DNA of 64,000 nt from Octopus sinensis (lineage: Eukaryota): positions 8,618,001 to 8,682,000 of the forward strand of contig NC_043020.1 in NCBI RefSeq assembly GCF_006345805.1, in the 5' to 3' direction. Position numbers and translations under genes: made by a program. The notes beneath the pieces are model-generated. The model was not told the DNA's origin and did no database searches. It saw only the letters and a program-made list of their open reading frames with translations. Positions 53,324 to 64,000 of this stretch are shown piece by piece. Numbering within the stretch: position 1 is the first letter of the stretch; each line of letters opens with the position of its first letter.

Positions 53324-54006
53324 AACTCGAGGAACGGGCGGTCTTCGATCTCTCGTTTTTACCAATTCATCGATAACAATAATATTAATGTTGTTACTGT
53401 TGTGCTTCGGTTCTGTCCTTACCGATCGGATCTAGGAACAATTATTTTTCGGTGTTGACCATCTTAGTCCTTTCTTCCACCCAACTCCACAAGTGACCAT
53501 CCAGTCCTGTACAGCATTGCTCTGGGACTACAGTATGTGATCCATCCTTCCTTTTTCAAGACGGTACGGTGAGATGATTTGCGGGCAATTTGGTTGCTAT
53601 TTCTGGCTTAGCGAGCAACTGTGCACGGAGCTCGTCTCGTCGGATCGTCGTTTGTTATAGTAAATTATTATTGTTACTTAGCATGTCGGACTAAATACTT
53701 AATGGCGTATCTTCCGGCTATTTACGTTCTGTGTCCAAATTCCTTTCGCCTTTTTATGGTCGATAAAATAAGTACCAGTCGAATACTGGAGGGTCGATGT
53801 AATCAACTTACAACCGAACCCAGAATTTTAGGCCTTGTGCCCAAAGTTGAAAGAATTATTATTATTATATTATTATTATTATTATTTATTATTTATTATT
53901 TATTATTATTTTATTATTATTTATTATTTATTATTTATTATTATTATTTATTATTTATTATTATTATTTATTATTTATTATTTATTATTTATTATTTATT
54001 ATTATT

Positions 54007-54456
54007 AAAGACGGCGAGCTGGCAGAAACGTTAGCACGCCGGGCGACCTGCGTAGCCGTATTTCGGCTGCAGTTACGTTCTGAGTTCAAATTCCGCCGAG
54101 GTCGACTTTGCCTTTCATCCTTTCGGGGTCGATAAATTAAGTACCAGTTACGCACAGGGGTCGATGTAATCGACTTAATCCCTTTGTCTGTCCTTGTTTG
54201 TCCCCTCTATGTTTAGCCCCTTGTGGGCAATAAAGAAATAAGAAACGTTAGCACGCCGGGCGAAATGCGTAGCCGTATTTCGGCTGCCGTTACGTTCTGA
54301 GTTCAAATTCCGCCGAGGTCGACTTTCCCTTTCATCCTCTCGGGGTCGATAAATTAAGTACCAGTTACGCACTGGGGTCGATATAATCGACATAATCCAT
54401 TTGTCTGTCCTTGTTTGTCCCCTCTGTGTTTAGCCCCTTGTGGGTAGTAAAGAAAC
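54007..54456 (+). mobile_element. tRNA-derived SINE family B (Nin/Deu-like domain), tandem dimer
   Basis: ggcgagctggcagaa A box, gagttcaaattcc B box, gcctttcatcctttcggggtcgataaattaagtaccag Nin-like core. Confidence 0.8.
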
Positions 54457-55232
54457 AAATTATTATTATTATTATCGCATGTTATGACGGTGGAGTGGTT
54501 GTGAGTGTTTATTCTTCGGTTAGTTTTCATTGAGAAGGCTTCACTGTGATGGAAAGCGTTCCAACAATGACCCTGCTGTCTTTTTGAGCATCTAGAAAAC
54601 TTCATTGTTGTTACTTTTTGGGTTTAATTTCAGGGACGGTTGACTGTTATTTCTAGCGGCTCCTCTGTCACACTGACCACTTTAGTATCTTCGGGTTTCA
54701 CCACATAATATAGAGTGATATCGTTTATCTATGGAACCGTTCTCATCCTATTTATCTAACGGAACCTCTGACGCCATATGGTCGATCGATTTGCTAGAAA
54801 CAGCTGCCAAATCTCAAATTATATGTGCCACCAGATTGGAATCAGATGGCCACGGTGCTTTGGATAAACATACTGGTTTGAATAAAATCCCCTTGATCAT
54901 AGCCCTACACCAGTGTTCCTCAACCAGGGTCCATATAAGATTTCGTTGTCAAAATTTATCTGCAATAAATTGATAATGCTTTTACAATACACAAAATATT
55001 TAAACCATTTTTTTAATATAATTCTTAATATAATTGAGAATTCCATTCAGGTTTCAGAAACTAACATCAGTGTCAGTGCAGTGATGAGGTCTCGCTTCCT
55101 GGCTGTAAGGAAGCGAAACCCACTTTATGTGGGTGTCAGGTTTTGTGTTTTTGTTATGTTTAGTGATCGAGGGTTTCTGCTGGAGGGTCCACTTTCAGAC
55201 TGTTTGTCTAATTGAATTAAATTCCACTCTCC

Positions 55233-55271
<39 letters not shown>

Positions 55272-55446
55272 ATTAAGGCACTTGTCCCATTTGGAGATTG
55301 CTGAAATACGGGACGATAATCTTTTTTTTTTTCACTATTTTTTATATACATTCATATACAAACACACACACACATCTGTTCAACATTAATTAAAACAGAA
55401 CTTGTATTTTGGGGGTTAAAACCATCCTGAGTTTTTTTTTTTTTTT

Positions 55447-55755
55447 GTGGCACATAAAAAGCACCATCTGTTTGTGGCCGTTGCCAGCCTCGCCTGGCCC
55501 CCGTGCCAGTGGCACGTAAAAAGCACCATCCGTACGTGGCCGTTTGCCAGCTCCATCTGGCACCTGTGCGGGTGGCACGTAAAAAGCACCCACTACACTC
55601 ACGGAGTGGTTGGCATTAGGAAGGGCATCCAGCCGTAGAAACACTGCCAGATCAGACTGGGCCTGATGCAGCCTTCTGGCTGCCCGGACCCCAGTTGAAC
55701 CGTCCAACCCATGCTAGCATGGAAAGCGGATGCTAAATGATGATGATGATGATGA
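55447..55755 (+). mobile_element. RTE 3'UTR-derived repeat
   Basis: Same family; (ATG)n tail. Confidence 0.7.
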
Positions 55756-56150
55756 TTGATGATGGGTTGGGAATAAAGATCTTTACTTGACAACACATTG
55801 ATGGACAGATTCCTCTCTCCAAGGATCTCAACTTTTGTTCGCACTCACACACACACACACACACACACACACATGCCTGTATATGTACAACATGTGTGGC
55901 TTCAGTAATATATATAATAAGTTTGAGTTGGCTCCACATTGAGATGCTCATAACATCTGATGAGATGAACATATCCTTCGCATCCAAGAAACTTCAAGTT
56001 ATGCAGAGCAGAGTCAAACTGTTATTAACAATATACGTAACTCCTATCAAATGTATTGAGTGCTACATGCTTTGGTTTGCTGTTTGTTCACTCACTTGTG
56101 TGTGTGTGTGTGTATCTAAAACTCATGCCAACATGGAAAATGGACATTAA

Positions 56151-56460
56151 CCCCTTACCCGGCAGAAACGAATATATGCGTTTTGACCGAAATCGTTTTT
56201 TTCCATCTCTGGCGAGTTAACTCGTCAAAAGATAGACTCGCCAAAATCGACAGCAAACGAGTTCCTTCGTCTAATAAAAGGGGTTAACTCGTTTCTGCCC
56301 AAAGCGGTAATTTAAAATCAATATTATTGAATTAAAATTCATAATAAATAAGGTTTGAAATATACCTCGAAATCACCATTCAAAACATAGTAAAATAAAA
56401 CAATTAAAAAATATGTCTGAAAAAATACATTTATTTTCAAAAAAATTGTTGGGTAAGGGG
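56151..56460. mobile_element. piggyBac-like MITE, second family
   Basis: TTAA|CCCCTTACCC...GGGTAAGGGG|TTAA. Confidence 0.8.
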
Positions 56461-56539
56461 TTAAATGATGATGATGTGTTTCTAAGTGAAAGAATTTAGT
56501 TTGTGTTTTGTGTATGTAGCTCACACAGAATGAGAAGTC

Positions 56540-57192
56540 AATCATCATTATCATCATCACCATCATCATTTAATGTCTGTTGTCCATGCTGGCATGGGTT
56601 GGATGATTTGACCAGGGCTGGTAAGCCGGAAGGCTACACCAGACTCCAGTCTAATTTGGGATGGTTTCTACAGCTGGATGCTCTTCCTAATGCCAACCAC
56701 AACAAGAGTGCAATGGGTGCTTTTATGTGCCACCAGCACAGGTGCCATTTGTGTGACATCGGTATCTGCCACAACTGCAATTTTGCTCAGCTTGATGGGT
56801 CTTCTTCTCAAGCACAACATAATGCCAAAGGTCTTGGTCATTGCCCCTGTGAGGCACCAACATTCGAAAGGTACTTTTTACATGCCACTGGCACGGGTGC
56901 CCGTTATGTGACACCAGCATCGGCCATGACTGTGATTCCACTTGGCTTGGTGGGTCTTCTCAAACACAGCACATTGCCAAATGTCTCTCGGTCACCATTC
57001 ATTGCCTCTCTGAGGCTCGAAGATCATGCTTCACCACTTCGTCCCATGTCTACCTCTACCACAGGTTCCCTTCACAGTTAGAGATCAGCTCTTCTTTACA
57101 CAGCTGTTCTCATCCATACACATCACACAACCATATCAGTGCAATCTTTTCTCTTGCACACCACATCTGATGCCTCTTAAGCCCAACTTTTC
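56540..57192 (-). mobile_element. Degenerate RTE LINE 3' end with 3'UTR and (ATG)n tail
   Basis: EKLGLRGIRCGVQEKRL matches the C-terminus of ORF 27332 and runs into the common 3'UTR ending gcatgga...ttaaatgatgatg. Confidence 0.75.
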
Positions 57193-58626
57193 TCCCAATA
57201 TTGGATATAAAGTATAAAATGGTATGCTGGGGAAAATGTTTAGCGGTATGTTGTCCATCTTTACGTTCCCAGTCCAAATTCTGCATAGGTAGGCTTTGCC
57301 TTTCAAACTTTCAGGGTTGATAAAATAAGTACCTATTTCTTTATTACCCACAAGGGGCTAAACACAGAGGGGACAAACAAGGACAGACATAGGTATTAAG
57401 TCGATTACATCGACCCCAGTGCGTAACTGGTACTTAATTTATCGACCCCGAAAGGATGAAAGGCAAAGTCGACCTCAGCGGAATTTGAACTCACAACGTA
57501 ACGCAGACGAAATACCGCTAAGCGTTTCGCCCGGCGTGCTAACGTTTCTGCCAGCTCGCCGCCTTATAAAATAAGTACCAGTACTGATAAAATAAGTACC
57601 AGTTAAGCGCTGGGGGTCAATGTAATCGACTTACCCTCTCCATAGAAACTACTGGCTTTGTAAGATTTAATTTTGATATTGGGAAGGTTAGCATATTCTA
57701 CAGATTGCCAAGATCATTTCTTGAGTCTGAAGAACTGAGAAATGAGACTGACAATTGCTGAAATATATGGATCTTTCTAAAGAGCATTGAGCTGTAGAAA
57801 CCATTCCAAAGTAGACAGGGAGCCCAGGCAGCTCTTCTGCTGGTCAGCTTCTATCAAACTGTCCAACCCATGCCAGCATGAGAAATGGATGTTAAATGAT
57901 GACAAGGAGTATTGAATTATTTTTTACTCTGTATATGCATATACACAATACATAAACACATCATCTCGCACACACACACGTGTGTTAATTGTTTAGATAT
58001 TTGACATCAATGTTGCACCTGTGTGGACTCTTGCTTAAGTACACCTGTCTGCATCTACTTCTCTGTTTGTGTGTGTATGTATTACATCCCATGTGTGTGT
58101 GTGTGTGTATACACTTGTAATACCTATTTCTTTACTACCCATAAGGGGCTAAACATAGAGGGGACAAACAAAGACAGACAAACGAATTAAGTCGATTACA
58201 TCGACCCCAGTGCATAACTGGTACTAAATTTATCAACCCCGAAAAGATGAAAGGCAAAGTCAACCTCGGCGGAATTTGAACTCAGAACGTAACGGCAGAC
58301 GAAATACCACTAAGCATTTCGCCTGGTGTGCTAACAGTTCTGCCAGCTCGCCACCTGTAATATGTCATCACGTTTCTGCTGCCAATTAGAGAGGCTGCAA
58401 GCACTAAACCACATGGCCACCTGCCTTTGTTTCTTTCTGGGGTGGAGTCAGATGGAATTCTGCCTGATAAGGCATATTTGTGGGTTCAGGCATTTAAAGG
58501 AGTATTATGTGTGTCTATATGTTTATGGTATAATTGTCTTGTATATTTTATGTATATGTATGTGTGTGTACATACGTTTCATAAATATGTGTGTCCATGT
58601 ATATATAGGTATGTATTTATGTGTGG

Positions 58627-58670
<44 letters not shown>

Positions 58671-59087
58671 ATTTGTGTGTATGTGTGTGTGTATGTATAT
58701 ATATATATCTATCATCATCGTTTAATGTCCACTTTCCATGCTAGCATGGGTTGGACAAATGACTGAGGGCTGTCGAACCAGATGGCTGCACCAGGCTTCA
58801 ATCTTGATCTGGTAGATTTTCTACAGCTGGATGCCCTTCCTAACGCCAAATATAAGGTATAAGTTACAGGTGTTTAAATCCTCTAAGAGATAGATTTATA
58901 CAAAGGCACTCCTGGTGTATTACCTCAGTATATATGGTCCTTGGTATAAGGTATACAGCAGCAGGTAATTAAAAAGGTAAACCATAGTTTAATGTATATA
59001 TAATGTATATATAGAGTGGTTGTTTCTTATCGTCTATATATACATTAAACTACACACTTCTCATTGATGTTTTTCCTCCATTTTCTT

Positions 59088-59128
<41 letters not shown>

Positions 59129-59290
59129 ATATATATATATATATATATAATATGGCTGGTTTAAATGCCAAAGAGTTGATCCCAGGCTCTGAATATTAAA
59201 ACATCCCGTTTAAATGACATCCAAAATCTCTTTTATTGCAACATATCATCTTTTAATTGATCTTTTTTTTTTTCCCTTTCTCTTCTCCAG

Positions 59291-59421
59291 GAATTGACAC
59301 CAGAATCAAGTTTAGCATTGAACCACCATTGGTTGGTGAGAACGCCTACGAACAATGGGTAGATGCTATGAAAGGGGTTGCACGACTCCCTCTCGGGATC
59401 CCTGAGGAATTCAGAAGAAAG
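59291..59421 (+). CDS. TBC1D30: TBC1D30-like exon (start of TBC domain)
   Basis: ttctccAG acceptor, GTAAGC donor; IDTRIKFSIEPPLVGENAYEQWVDAMKGVARLPLGIPEEFRRK contains the TBC GIPxxxR motif. Confidence 0.93.
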
Positions 59422-60918
59422 GTAAGCTTTCTCTTTTTGAGAATTTCTTTGGATTGTTTCTCCATCGTGGTTCTGGCCAGCCTGGATCCTCTGCTGCAGT
59501 ATCATTGATGTCATCATCCTTTAATACCATTCTCATCTTCATCCCTTTCCACACCGTTTTCAGCAATCCCTTCCATTCTGTACCCCCATTTATCTTTCCC
59601 CTCTTCTCTGGCATACTTCATCTTCAACCCTTCTCATATCTGTTATCATTCATAACACCTTCTCCTCTTCCCATCACACCCCATTCGCTATAGCCACCCT
59701 TATGTATACTCACATCTCCCTCCCCACTGCTCCTATACTTTGCACATCAACCCCCTACTCCCTGAGCCCCTTTTATCTCCTACTTTTCCCCCTGGTATTT
59801 CCCATCAACTTCAGCTTCACCTTTGTTCACCACTATGTTCACCTCCACCCCTATCACTAACCACCTGCCACTCTCTTCTCCCTCTTATGAAACTGCCCCT
59901 CTCCCCGTCCCATGATCTACTGCCTTTATTCTCTCTTATGCTCACCTCAGGCACCCTATTACTATCATCTTTAGCTTCTTCCCAGATACTCCTATCCACT
60001 TTTATAAAACATGAGGTAACCATGTATCTCCTCTATAGCAATGCACCTGTGCTTGTCCCTTTATCATACTTTGACCTCTCAACACCTGATATAAAACCCC
60101 TTCTCTCAAATACTTCCCCACACCTAGTCAAGGGCGATTTTTTGGCCTTTTTCCTACTCTTTCCCTGTCTTGCAAGTTACTTGATGACCTCACTAGTGTC
60201 ATTGGCAGAAAAAAAAAAGGCACCTAGTATACACTGTAAAGTGGTTGGCATTAGGAAGGCCATCCACCCTTAAAAACAATGCCAAAGGTGACACTGGAGT
60301 CCCATGGTATGCCAGATCCTGTCAAACAGTCCAACTCATGCCTGCATGGAAAACAGAAATTAGATGATAATGATGGTTTTTCAAGCACTTTTATTTAGCG
60401 AAATGCATTCTCTCAACACAGACCACTCTCTGCTTCATTCAGTGGCATAGCTAATAGGGGAGCCAGAGGAGCAACTGCTCCCCCCCCCCCAGCATATTTT
60501 TCAAAATTGGCATCTTTTATAAAATGTATAATCAACAAGTTAAAAATTGTTTGGTATGTGTCATGGTGCCATTTTTTTTTTCTTATATGCTCACTCCGTC
60601 CCTAAATTTAGGACTTGGCTTCATCCATTATATACCTTCTCTCTCTTTCGGAGAGGCACTGAGCAGCTATACGCACACATACACACACACGGCAGTAACT
60701 TCCACCTACCGAATTCAATCACAAAGCTTCGGTCGACTCGGGGCTATAGAGGAAGACGCCTCCCCAAAGTGCCATGCAGTGGGACTGAACCCGAAACCAT
60801 GTACATTCGAGATATTTTCTTTTCTATAAATCCCAATACATTTCTAACCTGATTTGTTTGTTGTTGTTTTTCTCCCCAATTTCCTATATTTTTTTTTTTT
60901 CCTCATTTATTTCTTCAG

Positions 60919-61044
60919 GTGTGGCTGAGTTTGGCTGACCATTATATCAAAGAGATCCATCTGGACTGGGAGAAAACCGTGCGATTTGCTTTTAATGATC
61001 GCTGCAATCCAGACGACAATAAACTTGGACTTCAAATTGTCAAG
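60919..61044 (+). CDS. TBC1D30: TBC1D30-like exon (TBC domain)
   Basis: ttcttcAG acceptor, GTAATA donor, 126 bp, phase 0; VWLSLADHYIKEIHLDWEKTVRFAFNDRCNPDDNKLGLQIVK. Not in the ORF track. Confidence 0.93.
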
Positions 61045-61218
61045 GTAATAAAAAGACATAATTCAATTATCTTAGAAATATCTCTTTCCTTCTGACCAGC
61101 TACGTCCATTTCCATGCCTTTATTTATGTTCTGTCTTAGCATTTTACATCCTCCACTCCACCCAGCTTTAGTGCAGGATTCACATGAGTTTGTGTTGTGT
61201 GACTGAGACGTTATTTAA

Positions 61219-61586
61219 CCCTTTAGCATTTAAACCGGCCCTCATATCCGGCCAAAAGTATTCTGCCTGTTTTATGTTCAAACTGGCCAGATCTGGTCTC
61301 TCACACCAACCCTACAATATCGTTTTAAAAATTAACAGCTACCTCATCAAAATCTCATAGCTACAAGATAATGCATTTAAACTGGCCATATCCGGCCAAA
61401 AGTATTCTGCCTATTTTATGCTCAAACTGGTCAGATCTGGTCTCTCACACCAACCCTACAATATCGTTTTAAAAATTAACAGCTACCTCATCAAAATCTC
61501 ATAGCTACAAGATAATGCCTGATTAGTTCAAGGCAGTGTGGATAAAAAAGGATTAATTTTGGCAGAATAATGTGAACACTAAAGGG
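61219..61586. mobile_element. piggyBac-like MITE with an internal ~145-bp tandem duplication
   Basis: TTAA TSD, same TIR; segment gcatttaaa...caagataat present twice. Confidence 0.85.
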
Positions 61587-61597
61587 TTAATTTAATG

Positions 61598-61875
61598 ACC
61601 AGTGCCGCCTCGACTGGCTTCCGTGCCGGTGGCACGTAAAATGCACCAATCCAACCGTGGCCGTTGCCAGCCTCGCCTGGCACCTGTGCGGGTGGCACGT
61701 AAAAAGCATCCACTACACTCACGGAGTGGTTGGCGTTAGGAAGGGCATCCAGCTGTAGAAACGTTGCCAGATAAGACTGGAGCCTGGTGCAGTCTTCTGG
61801 CTTCCCAGATCCCCGGTCGAACCGTCCAACCCATGCCAGCATGGAAAGCAGACGTTAAACGATGATGATGATGAC
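61598..61875 (+). mobile_element. RTE 3'UTR-derived repeat
   Basis: Same family; (ATG)n tail. Confidence 0.7.
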
Positions 61876-62129
61876 ATTGCTCCATTGATGTTCACAAGGT
61901 TCCTGAAGGTTCCTTTTCCTGTCGTGATGGAGCTGGTGGTGGAAGGCACAGTTTCAACTCTGAATGCAAAGATGTAAAGCGAATATCACAAAGCTTTTTC
62001 TCTGATGCTTTAGCAGTATCACCACCCATCTACCACCCCTGGACTACTATTTTGTTGGCCCAAAAAGATGAGCAGCAAAATTGATCTCAGTCAGATTTGA
62101 ACTCAGAGCTGAGACAAACTGCAAACCAT

Positions 62130-62527
62130 TACTCTTTTACTCTTTTACTTGTTTCAGTCATTTGACTGCGGCCATGCTGGAGCACCGCCTTTAGTCGAGC
62201 AAATTGACCCCGGGACTTATTCTTTGTAAGCCCAGTACTTATTCTATCAGTCTCTTTTGCCGAACCGCTAAATGACAGGGACGTAAACACACCAGCATCG
62301 GTTGTCAAGCGATGCTAGGGGACAAACACAGACACACAAACACACACACATACATACATATATATACATATATACGACAGGCTTCTTTCAGTTTCCGTCT
62401 ACCAAATCCACTCACAAGGCATTGGTCGGCCTGGGGCTATAGCAGAAGACACTTGCCCAAGGTGCCACGCAGTGAGACTGAACCCGGAACCATGTGGTTG
62501 TTTAGCAAGCTACTTACCACACAGCCA
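62130..62527 (-). mobile_element. SINE family A
   Basis: Reverse-complement copy. Confidence 0.85.
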
Positions 62528-62647
62528 TGACTGCCAGTTTGCTGCTCCCTTTTTCACATCTTTTTGTTAGGCCCCTTATGTTCTAAATTAAAATCCTACC
62601 TAAACTGATGTTTCTTTTCATTCCTCCATGATTGTTAAAATATATAC

Positions 62648-63314
62648 ATTATGTACATTATTTACATTTGACGGATATTTGTCCTCATCTTGTTTGTTGT
62701 TAACACAACGTTTCGGCTGATATACCCTCCAGCTTTCATCAGGTGTCTTGGGGAAATTTTGAACCTGGGTTCTCATTCTTAAGGTATTTTTCAATGTTCA
62801 CTGCCTGGAATTGAACTCGGAATCTTGGGGTTAGTAGCCCGTGCACTTAACTACTACACCATATGCCCTGCCTGAATAATAACAACAATAATAATAACAA
62901 TAATAATAATAATAATAACAATAATAATAATAATAACAATAATAATAATAATAACAATAATAATAATAATAATCACAATAATAATAATAATAACAATAAT
63001 AATAATAATAACAATAATAATAATACAATAATAATAATAACAATAATAATAATAATAACAATAATAATAATAACAACAATAATAATAATCACAATAATAA
63101 TAATAATAATAATAACAACAACAATAATAATAATAACAACAATAATAATAATACCAACAACAACACTCTTAACCTCCTTCACTAAAGATTCCGAGTTCGA
63201 TTCCAGGCAGTGATCTGAATAATAATAACATCGAAAAAGTACCACAGGAACGAGAACCCAGGTTTGAAATTTCCCCAAGACACCTGATGAAGGCTGGAGG
63301 GAACACAAGAACTG
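62648..63314. mobile_element. Same family, with a complete tRNA-like head on the minus copy
   Basis: Minus-strand A box TGGTGTAGTAGTT and B box GAGTTCAATTCC (62800-62872); CTGATGA..GAAAC core at 62702-62747; inverted partial copy from 63168. Confidence 0.75.
62875..63165. repeat. (AAT/AAC)n tract
   Basis: Direct inspection. Confidence 0.95.
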
Positions 63315-63380
63315 TTTCTATCAAACAATCAACTCATTTTCCATTTCCTTATCTTTCTCTGCTAAAATTAATTTTTTCAG

Positions 63381-63566
63381 GATCTCCATCGGACTGGTTG
63401 TCGCAGCTTCAGTGGCCATGACAACGAGGAAGAACGTGCTGTTCTGAAGCGTGTCCTGTTGGCCTATGCTCGCTGGAATAAAAATGTTGGTTACTGCCAG
63501 GGTTTCAATGTGATAGCGGCATTATTGCTGGATGTCTTTGATAGGAGGGAAGATGAAGCATTGAAA
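63381..63566 (+). CDS. TBC1D30: TBC1D30-like exon (catalytic Arg and Gln fingers)
   Basis: ttttcAG acceptor, GTAAGT donor, 186 bp; DLHRTGCRSFSGHDNEEERAVLKRVLLAYARWNKNVGYCQGFNVIAALLLDVFDRREDEALK. The IxxDxxR motif (across the intron) and YxQ motif are intact. The gene continues beyond the window. Confidence 0.95.
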
Positions 63567-63744
63567 GTAAGTACAGTTCTTGAACCTTCTTCGACTTGCT
63601 ATTCCATATCTTGGTGGTGGTGGTGGTGGTCATGGCAGCAATGGTATGCTGAGGAGAGTGAGTTTTTAGATCCAGGGCTGTGGAATTGAGCTCACCATTT
63701 CTGTTTTTGAATCTCTTACATTGTATCTAGGACAACTTTGTCCA

Positions 63745-64000
63745 TTTGTGACCATTCCATCTTTCATTCAAGCACAGTGTATCTAAGATTACGTTATCAT
63801 ATGTGGTGGTGGTCACTAGCTCCAGATATGTCTAATTCAACAGTGCACTCCTTTCCGATTGTGACCATCCTATCTTTCATTCAGGTATAGTGCATCTAGG
63901 ATTACATTATCATATGTGGTGGTGGTCACTAGCTCCAGATATATCTACTCAAATAGCGCATGCCTTCCCTGTTGTGACCATCCTGTTTTTCATCCAGGCA
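63745..64000. repeat. Tandem repeat, ~113-bp period
   Basis: atgtggtggtggtcactagctccagatat at 63801 and 63914. Confidence 0.75.

Noticed and set aside
59500-60170. Pyrimidine-rich Leu/Pro/Ser ORFs
   Set aside because: Low-complexity intronic sequence between verified exons that splice in frame without it
63567-63689. ORF extension VSTVLEP...WWWWW
   Set aside because: Read-through past the GTAAGT donor at 63567 into the intron

Overview
AT-rich, repeat-dense animal genomic DNA, most likely an octopus (inferred from the SINE families and microsatellite load; not verifiable here). One protein-coding gene can be supported: a TBC1D30-like Rab-GAP on the + strand. It has four clear spliced exons (39629-39793, 59291-59421, 60919-61044, 63381-63566) and a probable alternative first coding exon (51510-51645) inside a CpG-rich internal promoter-like region. 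The rest is intronic or intergenic and packed with tRNA-derived SINEs, LINE fragments (CR1, RTE, R4/Dong-like), DNA transposon remnants (Tc1, mariner, Merlin-like and piggyBac-like MITEs, Helitrons) and microsatellites. Almost all listed ORFs are repeat artefacts. Most notable: (i) a tRNA-headed non-coding element with a hammerhead-ribozyme-like core that inserts as an inverted pair with 13-bp TSDs, resembling a Penelope-mobilised SINE/retrozyme; (ii) a second, canonical minimal hammerhead; (iii) the alternative TBC1D30 N-terminus; (iv) SINE self-targeting at GTA sites; (v) an 18-bp TSD on a MITE whose sibling has an 8-bp TSD; (vi) a near-identical local inverted duplication. Repeat boundaries without a stated TSD are approximate.
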